A stretch of DNA of 64,000 bases, taken from NCBI GenBank assembly GCA_951406725.2, contig OX597816.1, positions 142,600,001-142,664,000 of the forward strand, given 5' to 3'. The number at the start of each line of letters is the position of its first letter. Positions within the stretch are counted from its first letter, which is position 1. The notes beneath the pieces are model-generated. The model worked only from the letters and a program-made list of their open reading frames with translations, was not told where the DNA came from and ran no database searches. A program made the position numbers and the translations under genes. This document shows, in pieces, positions 37,589 to 50,692 of this stretch. Origin of the DNA: Octopus vulgaris. Taxonomy: Eukaryota.

Positions 37589-39278
37589 AATATTGTATTT
37601 TATTTCATTTAATTTCATTCTATTTCCTTGGAAAATTTGAAGACTTTCTGTACTTGCATAGAAACAAAGGAACAATTCCATTATATCTTCTGACTAACTT
37701 TATTATTAACTAATATTATTCTGCAGCCTGCTAAAAAAAAAAGTTATGTGCGCGCTCACTAATATTATTCTACAGTCTGCTAAAAAAGTTATGTGCGCGC
37801 TCGTATCCTAATATACATTACTTCAATCAGATCGAGCAAGCGATCTCACAATTAGAAAAGCTAATAAAAAAATATCCCCTTTGTGGATATCAATGAAAAT
37901 AGTATACCTCAATTTCAACAGACTTATAAAGAAGGTTGAAACAGGTGCAGTGGGCGAATTGTAATCATAACAACCAAGATGAAGAAACTAGCTCGAATAT
38001 ATTGTGTAATTATGATTAATTCCTCATCTCAGAAATCAAGACAATAGATAATTGATATTTAATTTTAATATGCATTTGTGCAAAATCGAAGATTAAATAT
38101 TCTGACATTGAAGGATAACTTTCTTGACACAGTTTTAGAAAAGTATTGGTCTATCAATAAAAAAACGAACTTTTCTTTTTTTTTTTGTTCATGTACTTGG
38201 CTTTAATGATCTATGCCTGAGTGGGGTTATTGTATTACTGATTTAGTTGTATGCTATTTCAATTATTCTGATTTTGGTTATTCACTCCAGTTCACTTATG
38301 TATTGTTTTATATCATTTACTATAATCTTAAACTCAGTGACCAGATTTATACAGAACTATTTGTTTACATACATTCTTTTCTCTTCTGAGTATAATAATA
38401 GCCTAATGATGATAGTGATGATGTAATTTCGGAAACAATGGCATAAACTATTTTCTTCCTACAATCTTATTGATTTTATTATTATTATTATACCCCTCTC
38501 TAGAAACAAGATTAATAGTAAAGATTTACATGCATAGGTCATGGAATTAAGAGAAGTCAAATGTAAAAAATTCTTTCATTAAAGGAAACGGTCACCTAAT
38601 TCCCCGCCCGTTTTCTTTCTCCATGCAAGTAGTGGTAGCTATTCCGAAAGCTCGCCACTTTGAGATTTACTCTATTTTCATGGTGTAATTGTTAAAACTT
38701 ATTTATTTTCCGGGAAGTTTTCCTGTGTCACTCCATTGAGAGCAACCATATTTTCAATGGACACTTTCCTCAAGATTGTACTTAAGTGAATTTACATCCT
38801 GTTCTCGTGTGTCCATGTGAAATACTAATTTTTTTCTTATTTTTTTCTGAAATGTATTTGGTATGTTATATCAGGGATAAAATTACTCAAGTCTTTGAGA
38901 GGTTGTTTACTCGTTATTAAAATGAAATAGTAAAGCCAACAATTAGAAATTAGATCTGTTTTATTTTTTATAAGTGAAAATGCGTATTCTGTTCTCCTCC
39001 CTCACACTTCTTATTTACTAGAATGGAATTATCAATTTCATATATTTCAAAATAGCTTGACAACAGTTCTCTCTGAATGCTGTCCAATTTTGACTTAACG
39101 TCTCGTATAACTTCCGCTAAAAACCAGGGCTTATTAAAACTCACCCACTCAGCACTTAAATAAGGTGTTCGCAGCTTTTTGGTCTTTATTTTAAAATTTT
39201 TTATTTATTTTTCTTCTCTTCATTTTCGAGCGTGGCCTTGCGGTTAAGTTCGCTTCGCAACAACATAGATCCAGGGTC

Positions 39279-39370
39279 GGTAGAGGTAAAGAATACGTAT
39301 ACCACCCGTTTTCGGCGAAACAAAAATCCTAACCCTAACCACCGAGTGTACGTATTCTTTACTTTCACCC
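39279..39370. mobile_element. ~92-bp MITE with 8-9-bp TSD inserted in a SINE head
   Basis: TIR GTAAAGAATACGTATAC / GTGTACGTATTCTTTAC; CCAGGGTC(G) duplicated at 39271 and 39371; internal CCTAACCCTAACC. Confidence 0.8.
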
Positions 39371-40156
39371 CCAGGGTCGATCTTAGTGAGCGGCACTTAT
39401 ACCATAGACTTAGTTTGACTAATACTTGATGGAAACTGTACAGGCTTGTTGAGTGTATCTGAGTTTTACTTATGTTTGTCGGTAATGGGTAATAAATATA
39501 AGCGAGAAAACCAGTCTGTTGCATTATTTGTTCTGTACCGAATAAGATGCTACCTTGTCACTCAAACCACCAAAAGTGAAGTGAACTTGTGACTGGCCCG
39601 TGTATCTTTTCGTTTTCACAGATCCTAAAACAGTAATGTTGTTTCTCGCTGTTTGAGTAACCGCTTAGAATAGGCTTGTGTAACCTTTTTGGGGGAAACT
39701 GACCGCATGGGACATGACTCGTCATCAAGCAAGGCCGCCCAACTAAAATTCAAGGTAATTTTTTCGTTAGGCGTGCCATTCATAAAGTCTTTCGGGTCGC
39801 ACTTTGCCCATCACTGGCTTAGGGACTCCTTGTTGGTTCATGGTAATAAATACACAAAACCAAGATATTAATCATCGAGCTGATTTTAGGACACTAAATT
39901 TTATCAACTCCAAAAACTTGACAAAATCAGTTCGGGTAAAATTTGAGCCGGCATTAGGACTAAATAGTGTACTCTACTGAATTTTCTATCCCAGTGCAGT
40001 AGTTCTTTTTATATTGACGATATATGAAATAATTTCTATGTTTTTTGTCTATTTGAATTCATTTGTTCCTTTCATGTCTCCCTCCTTCAAGTCCTGGCGG
40101 AGGAGGTTATTAATTGCTGCTTTTATAATTTAAATATCATACTATTAAGTTTACCA

Positions 40157-40910
40157 TACATAACATTCTTAGATGATCTGGTATCATTTCTCGACAGTCC
40201 AGTGAACTGGGATGTATTGCTTTGCACAATTGCTTACGTATCCTTTATTTAGTACAGTGGGGCGGGATTTGAGAGCGATTCGGCTGCTATTTCGAGCAGA
40301 TCGATTGCCACGTAGAGCAGGTGTGGGGAAGCCTTTTATTACTCGGAGCAATTTGCATGACATATCTGTGCTGAGAAACAGTCTTCAATTTTACACATAG
40401 TTATAGCAGCTTACATTAAATTGTTTTGATCCGAAGAGTTAAACCGTTTTAATTATGCGGATTTCACCAACGTTTTCAAATTTGAATGTATCAAGAGATT
40501 CTCCATCTCTTGACCACGTGGCTACAATGTTGGTTCAAATAGGGAATAGTAGTCTAATACTGTATTCACTTAGCCATTTCGCCTATATTTCCCTATATAT
40601 GATACGTAATACTGCTACTGGCAACCAGAAAACATGTGTTAGTAAGCCTATACCACGCAACTCAGATGGAGTCATCAACAAAGGAATTCGACAGAGAATT
40701 TATTTCCTCTTTACACAGATCCTCAGTATTAGTCATCTTTGTTTAGAGACTCACTACAGAGTTGAGTGACCACTAAAGACCTCTTCGCAGAGAGTATCCC
40801 TACCGGATATTGTTCTAAATAAAGGATACGTAAGCAATTGTGCAAAGCAATACATCCCAGTTCACTGGACTGTCGAGAAATGATACCAGATCATCTAAGA
40901 ATGGTATGTA
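40157..40910. repeat. Near-perfect inverted repeat (40157-40252 / 40815-40910)
   Basis: 40164-40252 is the exact reverse complement of 40815-40903 (89 bp); 562-bp spacer. Confidence 0.9.
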
Positions 40911-43809
40911 CCATCATATCTGTACCTGTGACTACTAATAGTAAATAGAAGAGTCCGTTCGACCTGTAAGAAATATCAACCAAGTAGTCCTGAAATCTGT
41001 TTGCCGTCTTAAAGACCCCCCCCCCCAAAAAAAAACGCAAGATCAAATTGAATAATGTAGTCTTAGATTTAGTATATTTGGACGTAGAGAGGAATGTTGG
41101 TCAAGACTGGAACACCTTTTATCGCAGGCTTGTCGATAAAAGTTGACCTGAGGTGAAACAGCTCCAGCTATAACTTCCTGTTTTGTGCAACAGACAGAAA
41201 ATAATTTACGTATGACTAATGAGAGTTGACTCAGGTTAAAAATAAAATAGTACACAGAATGCTTGCCATTCACACTACTTGTTACTAATTATCTTTTCAT
41301 ATTTTGTCTTGAACTTATTTCATTTAGCTGACTTTTCATTTAAGATGTTTTTTTCTTGTGTTATTTTCATTCTTTCTCCTAAAACCATAAACAACCCTGA
41401 TCTCTACACTAACCTTAGTTTTTATAGTTTGTCACCGTGTTCATATATTCAAACAATGGTGGTGTTCTTGTTGGACAAAAATAATTAAACAGTGAAAACG
41501 TGGCCTGTATTATTTTAAGATGGTGCATGTGTTGGCGTGGGTGTGAGAATATGTGTGTTTGATAGCTTTATTATTTGCCGATGTATGTCTTTTCTTTTGT
41601 TTTTAGCGATCTTTTTAGGGAAATTCCTAAATTTGTTGTAAAAAAAAACAAAAAAAAACAAAACAAAGCTCCCAGTAAACTGAAGACCCAATTGTCAAAA
41701 ACTGGGTCTTCAGTTTTGTAGGGTCTATGTTTGGACTAGTCTAAGGATAACTTTTCTCTCCCAGTAGCCACAGAAGCCCTGTGGGCTCATGTACTTCTCT
41801 TCGCTCAGAAATCCATACATTAAAAAAAAAAATAATAAACGTTGCCTGCAGCATACTACTTTTTGTTAAGTTTAACAATGTCATTAGTGCAGAGAATGAC
41901 GTAATGTTCATTGTGTTTACAAGCATTAAGTAAGGTGACTTTATAGTCGATTAGAGTGACCCCCCCCCCTTTTCCATTTGAATGGTAACAATCAATTTTG
42001 GGAGGAAAAAGTAAAGTCAACTCTGGTAGGATTTGAACTCAAAATATGAAACGAATGTAAATAAATATCAATAAGATATTTTAACTCTACTGATTGTGCC
42101 ATCTATAGAAATATGAACCAAGGAGAGAACCTTACACAGCTACTCAGCTTGTTGGGAATATAGTTGGATTATATCTCCCAAAGAAGGACATATTGGATAT
42201 CATGTAGTCCTAGGTTTCACTGGTCTAAGAAAAAGAAAAGTCCAGCTGGAATGTTTTTGATAAATGGGTTATTTGATCATAATGACCAGTAACAGGTAAA
42301 ATAATGTGCAATGATGAATCCATCCTCCATGCATTTCATTTGACTCCTAGAAAAAGCAACTAACCTCCTTTAAATCATTGTAGGACATTTTTTCTATATA
42401 CAAAATCCCCTGATATACAAAATTGCAGAACAGCAATACCTGGTTTGATCAGGGCTTACCTGGAGCAAGAACATCAATAACAAAATTAAGTGCAACACCT
42501 TTGAAAGTATTAAAAAGTTAAAAACAAAAAGATAACCTGTTCCTGGACTTATTCAACCTTGTTGACTTCTTTGTAAACAAAAAATAAATTCAGTGTAAAC
42601 AGAATCTTCCAGATGTTGTGTACTTAGCACACATGCTTGATTCCCTTCACATTATCCTGCCATATTTCTTTGCACTTTAGCAGAAATAAATTGATTGAAT
42701 TTCAATCTAATTAAACTACCTGAACCCCTTACAAACATACAAAACACACATACTCACACTCTCACTCATTCACTCCATACACATTCACCACTTCCTCCCT
42801 CTCATGTACCCCTGAAAATCATTGGAAACATAGTGGTGATAGGAAGGAAGTGGAATGAAATTACTAAAAAAAGCTTTCCGAACCTCAGAATAAATCCCTT
42901 CCCTTACCCACTACTTATTCAAATCAACTATCAGCGTTGTATGCACTCTAGTGGATCAACTTGCAATTATCATGCTTAACATTACAGGAATATGTTCCTT
43001 ACATAGCACTGGAATGAGGACATCTAAATTGTTCTTGAGTGGAAACAACAGCTGCCTTTTTAAAAACATTTTCAATATAAATTTTTCAGTTAATGATTAT
43101 TTCATGATCCTGTCCCTTGGCATTAGAAATATTCTTTAGGATCCATTCTGCTGTTATTTTTTATTTTTTTTATTTTATACTGCTCTAATTGATTACTATT
43201 TCAGAACTCCCCACTTCTCTGCCTTTCATTGATTATATGTGGAGATTTGTTATTTTGTTTTAAAGTTTTGTTTTAGTTAAGTCGTTGATTATATTTTTTA
43301 AGCAAAAGTAAAACCTAAACCCTGATAGATTTTATTTGTGTAAATCTTTCAGTGCAGTAACATTAATAAGAAACTCACCAAGGAATGCCAGAAGCAACAC
43401 CCAAATTTTTCTCAACTCTTTCCTTTCTGAATAAAAAGACACTGGATAATGTAGTTCAAGGTATCTGTAGTGTGTGTGTTGGGGGAGTGGTTATGGCTCA
43501 AATGCTGGTGGTCATAGGTCTGAAATAAGGGCTGACCTGGAACTAAACAACCCAAATAATAGTAATGATGATGGTAACAGTAGTAGTAACTAGGGCTGAA
43601 GGAGATTTAACACCATGACCTGACCTTTAGATACCTTTAGCAGAGTTTACTCTGTTGTCAGTATTCAGACAAAAAATCTCTTATAACTTTACTCAACCAG
43701 ACTGTGAGGCCCTGAAAAGACCACAGTGTTGTTCTTCCTTCTTGAAATTATTAATATACACACACACAATGTGATAGGTAAATTGTTGCCATTTTATATT
43801 TTTAATTTC

Positions 43810-43970
43810 GTACATGTGCATTGGTTTTGAGTGTCAATCTAAGGACAGTGCAGAGGATTTGGAAAGAGTTGGATGAGTCTGATAGTGATTATGAAAGTAC
43901 AGCAGCTCAGAAAACTCATTCTGAGAAGAAAAGAACTTGTGGATTTGTTGTTGAGATCTGGTTAAATTTG
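43810..43970 (+). pseudogene. Tc1/mariner-like transposase N-terminal fragment
   Basis: LSVNLRTVQRIWKEL..RT resembles the HTH recognition helix region of Tc1/mariner transposases; short and isolated. Confidence 0.4.
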
Positions 43971-45567
43971 AAACATAAACCTAAAAATATATCTAGTCCT
44001 TGATTTCTAATTACAGTACTTTCTTATAGTATCTAATTAATATGCTGGAGCCATGGATTTGTTTAAGTTCATATCCTGCTGTAGGTATTATATTGTCCAT
44101 AATTTGGATTGTCATGTCCAGTTTGAAGATGAGAGATTGAGAGAGAGAGAGAAAATGGCAAAGATTCTTAATTACATAGTTGATTTCTCTCATTTGTAAC
44201 ATCTTAGTTTGGTAAAAAGAATAACATTGTTCCAAACTTTGCATTTATTCTTCAGAGTCTTATTAATAGTTAAATCAATAAGTTATTCCCAACATGGGAG
44301 ACACCAAACATAAAGACACAGTCTTTTGTAACAGAACTGTGATGATGATGGTAATCTTGTTAATTAATTTGAGAACTGTCATATTTGCAACATAAAATAC
44401 CAGATACATCTATTTTTAGCAATAGCTAATAATTATTATGCTACATGATAGGAGCCTCTACCAGCTAGAAATAGCACCCAAGTCTCCCTCTTGCATTCAC
44501 TACTACTTAGGAAGAAGACACTGGATAATGCAATCTGGGGGTCACTGTGCCCGGAATAAAAGATGGGACTGTCACAGTTGGGACACCTTTGATCATAGAA
44601 TGATATATTTAGCCCCAAGTTTGCTGTGATAAAATAGATCTATATAATTCTTGGTACTTCCTGAACTGTAATGAGTTAAGTGTTTTGAGCATAGAAAAAG
44701 CATTGCTTAAGACAGGATACTTTGCAGCTATTGTATCACTGTAAAAAAAAAAGGTTCTTTTTACATTTATTTTTTTTAAAATTAAAATTCTGCTATTTCT
44801 AAATGTATAAAAGGTTGATAGAAATGCTAAGTTAGAAAACTAATATTTTTCATATTCCTTTGGGTGATTGTTAAAACATATTTTCGTTTTCTCAATCTGA
44901 TATAAAATTGTGCTATAAAAATAATTTGTGCTAAAGGATCATATTCAGTAGTTTGGTTTAAGTTTGCTTTTCCTTTAAAAATTAAGGGCAGTGCCTATAG
45001 TCTCTTTGAACTTTCCTAGATCCAGAGATAGAGTAGTAGAGGGAGAGGTGAGTTGGGTATCACAGGGAGGATAGGTTACATATTTAGTCCTTGAAACACA
45101 GTAGCATGATTTTTCAATTCAACTGCTTATTTTCTCACCGTTAATGTCATTGAAGCTTAACCAAGAATTTACTATGGTCATATTGTAATTAGTGCTGATT
45201 TAGAAAGTTTTTATTCTTATTTGTTTGTCAGAGGAAGCAAAGCAATGTTTGTCTTTTCCAGAATTCCCAGACTAGTGAGATTGATACAGTTGATCTCTGT
45301 TTGGAACATGTGGATAGGAAAGAAATACTTCTATGGCTAAATCACAGAAAAAAGGGAGGCATTCATGACTGGTTGATAGGTGTAATTCTTAGGCCAAAGA
45401 CCTAGTTCTAACTTAAATGCAACAGATTAAACTCTGTTAAAGTCACTTACAAGCAACATGGTTGAGATGACTGTAATGGTAGATAGTTATAAAGAGAAAG
45501 TGGTTGTACTGTAGAGAGAACAGATTAATGAAGTGTTTAGTAGAGGATCTGGGGAATAACTCTATAG

Positions 45568-45816
45568 CAGCATTTCTCAATTATGTTTTACTTATGAACT
45601 CCTTTGATTCCTATTTTACTCAGGCAGTCCCTCATAGCCATTTAATGTTCAACAAATCATATTATATTTTTATAATTAAATAGTATTAGGAATTGTGTAA
45701 AAAAAAAATTTTAATATTTTATGTATTGTAGAAGTATAACTAATATATTGTAGATGAATTTTAACACGCTTATATGGAATCTCAAGGGCCATATGAACCC
45801 TGGTTGAGAACAACTG
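45568..45816. mobile_element. hAT (Charlie-like) MITE with 8-bp TSD
   Basis: TIRs CAGCATTTCTCAA / TTGAGAACAACTG; CTCTATAG duplicated at 45560-45567 and 45817-45824. Confidence 0.85.
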
Positions 45817-46259
45817 CTCTATAGGAGTGATGAAATGAAGAAAAATGGATGTACTAAATGGGTTTGAGTGGCGAGGTATGTAACAGGTTTAGAAAGAAAG
45901 ACAATTTTGTTGTAGAAGTCAAGAAAAGAAACAGAAAAACAGTGTATATGTGAGCCAGTGGTTGTAGTGTTTTGGTGAATGAGTTTTTACCCATCAGTTG
46001 AATGGCAGTTTTTGAATGTTTGTTTTACTCTAGTTTTATTGAAATAGTGCACTTAAGCAACTACTGTCATGTAGCTATATTTGTTAATTACTGACTTAAG
46101 TCAGTTACTTCTAAACAATTCAGTTTTAAAGATTATATTTCTGTATGCTGACTGTAAATATATTGACAATGTGATTTGGTCTATGTCTGTTTGTGTGTGC
46201 ATGTATTATTTGGTTCATCTTTTATGTATTTGAAGATGACTTGGTTATCAGCTTTGTAC

Positions 46260-46770
46260 TTTGTGGGTGCTGAGGTAGTTTATTAGGCCAATTTTGACAT
46301 GAAATTTGTGGTTACAGCAGGAACACTTAATATCAGTGTCAGAACCCAGTGGGACTCTTGCTTTTCCTGCAGCTCTCCACTCTTCAGCTTCTCTGGTCAT
46401 ATCAGATTCAGAGTGCTGTACTCCAGACTACACAATACTAACCCACAGTTAGTGATCTAGAGCAAGCGGCACTTCCAAATAGACAGCTCTGGGTTATACT
46501 TTTTCAAGGTTTTCTTGAGCATGTCTTTGTATCTCTTTTTTGGTTCACCAAAGATCTGTTTGGGGAGTTTGGAATCGAGCATGCACACTACATGTCCACT
46601 CCACCACAGCAAGATTTTGCTCAGGAAAGCATACATGCTTAACGTATTAGCTCTCTTGAGTGCAGTTGTATTGGAAATTCTAACCTGCCACCTGATGTTA
46701 AGGATTTTTTGTAAACTGTCCAGCTTCCACAACCATAAACTAGTATAGTCACCACAACAGCTTTGTATAT
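46260..46770 (-). pseudogene. RTE (BovB-like) LINE ORF C-terminal relic
   Basis: LQKILNIRWQVRISNTTALKRA..WSGHVVCMLDSKLPKQIF..PKKRYKD matches the RTE tail LRxILxIxWQDxxxN..WxGHVxRM..RLPK..RYKD. Confidence 0.8.
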
Positions 46771-48019
46771 CTTGTGTGTGTGTGTGTGTGTAGGTATGAA
46801 CTGTTTAAAAAGATTGAAATTTAGTCAAACTGATTTGTCCCCCCACTGTTGATACATCACCCCTAAAGACTTTTTTCAGAATTGTATTTCAAACATTAGT
46901 GCAGTCCTTGATTTGAATCTTCTCTATCATTTTTGAAATCAGTGACTTTTCAGGTTCGATTCAACCTTAATAATAATAATAATAATCCTTTCTACTATAG
47001 GCCCAGGGCCTGAAATTTGAGGGGAGGGTGCTAGTCGATTACATCAACTCCAGTATTTAACTGGTGCTTATTTTATTGACCCCAGAAGGATGAAAGGCAA
47101 AGTTGACCTTGATGGAATTTAAACTAAAAATGCAAAGATGGACGAAATGCTGCTAAGCATCTTGCCCAGCATGCTAACAATTCTACTAGCTCACCGCCTT
47201 TATGATGATGAGAACAATGACGATGACTTCTGCTGAGGCCAAATCTAGAGAGTAAGATGGTGGGGTTACAATAGTCATCTCCTGGTTTGCTGAAAAGTGT
47301 CAGATAAGTGACATGTGAGCAAAACTGGTATGATGCAGTATCTAAATTCAGTTTATCCAAGCCTCAGGCCTCTTCTTTCACTCTGCATCTCTCAAGTCTT
47401 TCAGAATATCTAAATGTAAATCTGTTAGGTTACATGGAGCAAACTCATGAGAAACGATGCTTTTTCAATCAAGGAATGCAATCTACATGACCTTCACATT
47501 TCAGTGAATTTGCTGAGATTTAAAATTTTTTAGGTCATGATGATAATCCAACCCACAGTAATAACTGCCATTTTGATTTGATATTGTAGTTGCACACCCA
47601 CATTTTCTTACTTGTTATATTTCTCAAACTTTTTATCAGTATTAACTCCTCTGTGTGTGTGTGTGTGTTTAAAAATCTTTTAGATTTTGTAGTGACTGAA
47701 TGACATCTATGATTGCTAGTTCTGTAGATGTTAGCAGTAGTTCACTGGACAAAAACGGCCCTGGTCAATGTCACCAATCCTATCTACTGACATTTTTTTT
47801 TGCACCATGGATCATTTCTCAACTGATTTCTCTGCCAAAACTTTATATCTGCCTTGCTGCTTTCCAAGGCTTTTGATACTGGTTTTGCATTTAGTTTAAT
47901 CTATCATTTCTGTCCACCTGCCAGGAGTAAAACTTTTACTGATTTAGTTCTTTAGGCTGTAAGGATACATGAGCCTCACAACCACAGTTTAGAAAACTGT
48001 TGATAAGAATCTCTCTCAC

Positions 48020-48980
48020 TCTCTCTCTCATATTTCATTATCCCCATTGTCATACCTGCTTTTTTGTGCTTCTTGGGTTGGATAAGTCTTTTCCAACTCA
48101 GTTTCTCACTATTTGTTGCATCCCTTTGTGAGATCAATATCCAAAAATCATCTTTCACCACTCCTGCTTGTGTCTTCTGTGGCCTTCCACTTCCACAGTT
48201 TCCTTAGATTCTTTGGCACCTCTTTATCAATCTGTTATCATCCATATGCATTTCACATCCATAGTGATACAGCCTTCATTCATGTACTTTACAACTGATT
48301 CCTCTTACCACCTAGTTTATCTCTCAGCTCATCTGTGCAGTTTTTCATGCACATCAATGTAACCTATCAAGCAGAGTATGCTTGCTTCATTCATACATTG
48401 TCTAAGATCAGTATCTATGTCTAACTACTATGCAACCTCAAACTGTGTATACAAGCAACAAACAATCTACACTTCACTCAAAATGATAATCCCTTTGTTG
48501 CTAGCAGAGAGAGAGCTAAAAGCCCTTTAAACTTTTCCCACCCTGTTCTTATTCTCTCATCTATTCTTTCACAGTACTCTCTTCCACTACTAATTTGATT
48601 ACTTATATAACAGAAGCTATCAATTATTTCTAGAGGCATCTAAGCATTAAAAAGAATGTGCTTTATTATTGCTCTTATGCCAACCAATACTGCACATCAG
48701 CAACAAACAATCTTTATTCACAGTCAGCTGGTCAGTGATCCCAATGCACTCTTGTGCATCCATAATTAACACCATATATACCATATAAAGTTCCTACTTT
48801 TTTCCTGCATATTGAACCTAGTCATTTCCTTGATGGTCACAGTCTTCTTTTCCTTCCTACTTACTGAAATATTGATTTTTGTCAAGTTTACCCCAAGGCC
48901 TCTCAATTGTAGTCTTTGCTTTCACATTTGAACTAGTTTCATCAGTATATGGGAGTTTCTCCTGACATCCAGTCTTAAAC
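48020..48980 (-). pseudogene. Strongly decayed RTE-type LINE RT/3' relic
   Basis: Minus-strand fragments resembling GRPxKTWxEVVKxD at ~48150-48190 and upstream RT-like pieces, heavily interrupted. Confidence 0.45.
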
Positions 48981-50294
48981 TCTGTTACAGTTTGAATAAG
49001 TGTGTGTGTCTTATATGCATACACATATACAATCCTTATAGGAGGGCACTAACTAAAAACAACTATGTGACAATCTGTTCCATTATGTTGGTATATATAA
49101 AGTGTATGTAAAAATGATGACAGTGTTTAAACAAAAGTAACACACACACATACACACAATCACACCATTTTACACTTACCTTTTCACTGTTATTCTATCT
49201 ATGCTCTTACTATATTTGCATTTGGTATATTGAAATGAATTTATATATTTCAAGTTTTCAGTAGAAAGAAAATTGAAATTGGTTATGGTTCCAGGGAACT
49301 GCCTGACCCCCACCTCCCATTTTTTATTTTTTAGACCAAGTGTCAAGTGAAATTGTCAAACCTAAGTAATTAAAAATGTTTTAATTTTTCTTTTGAATAT
49401 ATACACATATACATGTCCAACCCATGCCAGCATGGACAGGAGACCTTAAATGATGATGATGATGTCATCTAAGAATCTATAAGTCAGAAAAATATGTTCT
49501 CATTTCTTTGTCAATAGAGTAGGTATATTAAAGAATACAGTATTAGAGATCCACTTCAGCTGATCTTATCCAACCAATTAGTTTTACACTAGAATATTAG
49601 AGATGGCAACTATGGGGAAAAATTTTTTTTTGCTTAATGGAAGAGCACCTGGTGTTTGTTAGCCATGATATATCTAATATCACTGTGGGAAACTAATTGG
49701 TAAGTTTTGCAGATATGTCTATAACATTGTATATCTTGATTTACACACACACACACATACTTTTTGACTTCCATGCACGCATGAATTGGATGACTATATT
49801 ATTGAGGCATTGTTTTAAAGCCAGATGATCTTCCTGTCACTAACCCTTAGCTTTTATGTTTTGTTAGTAAAGGATATCTTTTACCACATGTCTTGAAAGG
49901 CACACAAAGCCAGTGGCTAACTCACTAACAGGAAATGACACCAATAACACTGCCCATAAAAGTGAAATTTTTCAAAGCATAAATCTAAACACACATACAT
50001 ACAAACATGACTAGCTTTCAGTTTTCATCTATGAAATCCATTTACAAAGCTTTGATTGGCCCAGTGCTACAGTACAGGACACTAGCCCAAAGTAGGACCA
50101 AACATGAAACCACGTGTGCATACATTTATCACACATGAACTAAAAGCTTAATGCTGTATTTAAATTAGTATAAATTTATATAATCTTTCTTTTTTCTTTG
50201 TAAGTACAATGTTAATACTGTACTTATAAATTTAAAAGAAAGATGTTAACAAGATTGAAGATAGTTTAAAAGCATTTACCTGCATGTGTATAAT

Positions 50295-50479
50295 ATTCTT
50301 TTACTTGTTTCAGCCATTTGACTGTGGCTATGCTGGAGCACTGCCTTTAGTCAGGCAAATCGATCCCAGGACTTATTCTTTGTAAGCTTAGTACTTATTC
50401 TATCACTCTTTTGCTGAACTGCTAAGTTACTGGGACCTAAACACACCAGCATCAGTTGTCAAGCGATGTTGGGGGGATG

Positions 50480-50529
<50 letters not shown>

Positions 50530-50692
50530 GACAGGCTTCTTTCAGTTTCTGTCTACCAAATCCACTCACAAGGCTTTGGCCGACCAGAGGCTATAGTAGA
50601 AGACACTTGCCCAAGATGCCACGCAGTGGGTCTGAACCCGGAACCATGAGGTTAGGAAGCAAGCTACTTACCACACAGCCACTCCTACGCCT
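50295..50692 (-). mobile_element. tRNA-derived CORE-type SINE (octopus OR-like) with internal (CA)n
   Basis: Minus strand GGAGTGGCTGTGTGGTAAG (A box), GGTTCCGGGTTCAGACCC (B box), GGCATCTTGGGCAAGTGTCTTCTACTATAGCC (CORE-like); further copies at 56640-56892, 60920-61290 and fragments at 9930-10000, 50000-50110, 50950-51110. Confidence 0.8.

Noticed and set aside
41851-41928. Possible exon ending in GTAAGG near the CpG boundary
   Set aside because: No polypyrimidine tract and no recognisable product.
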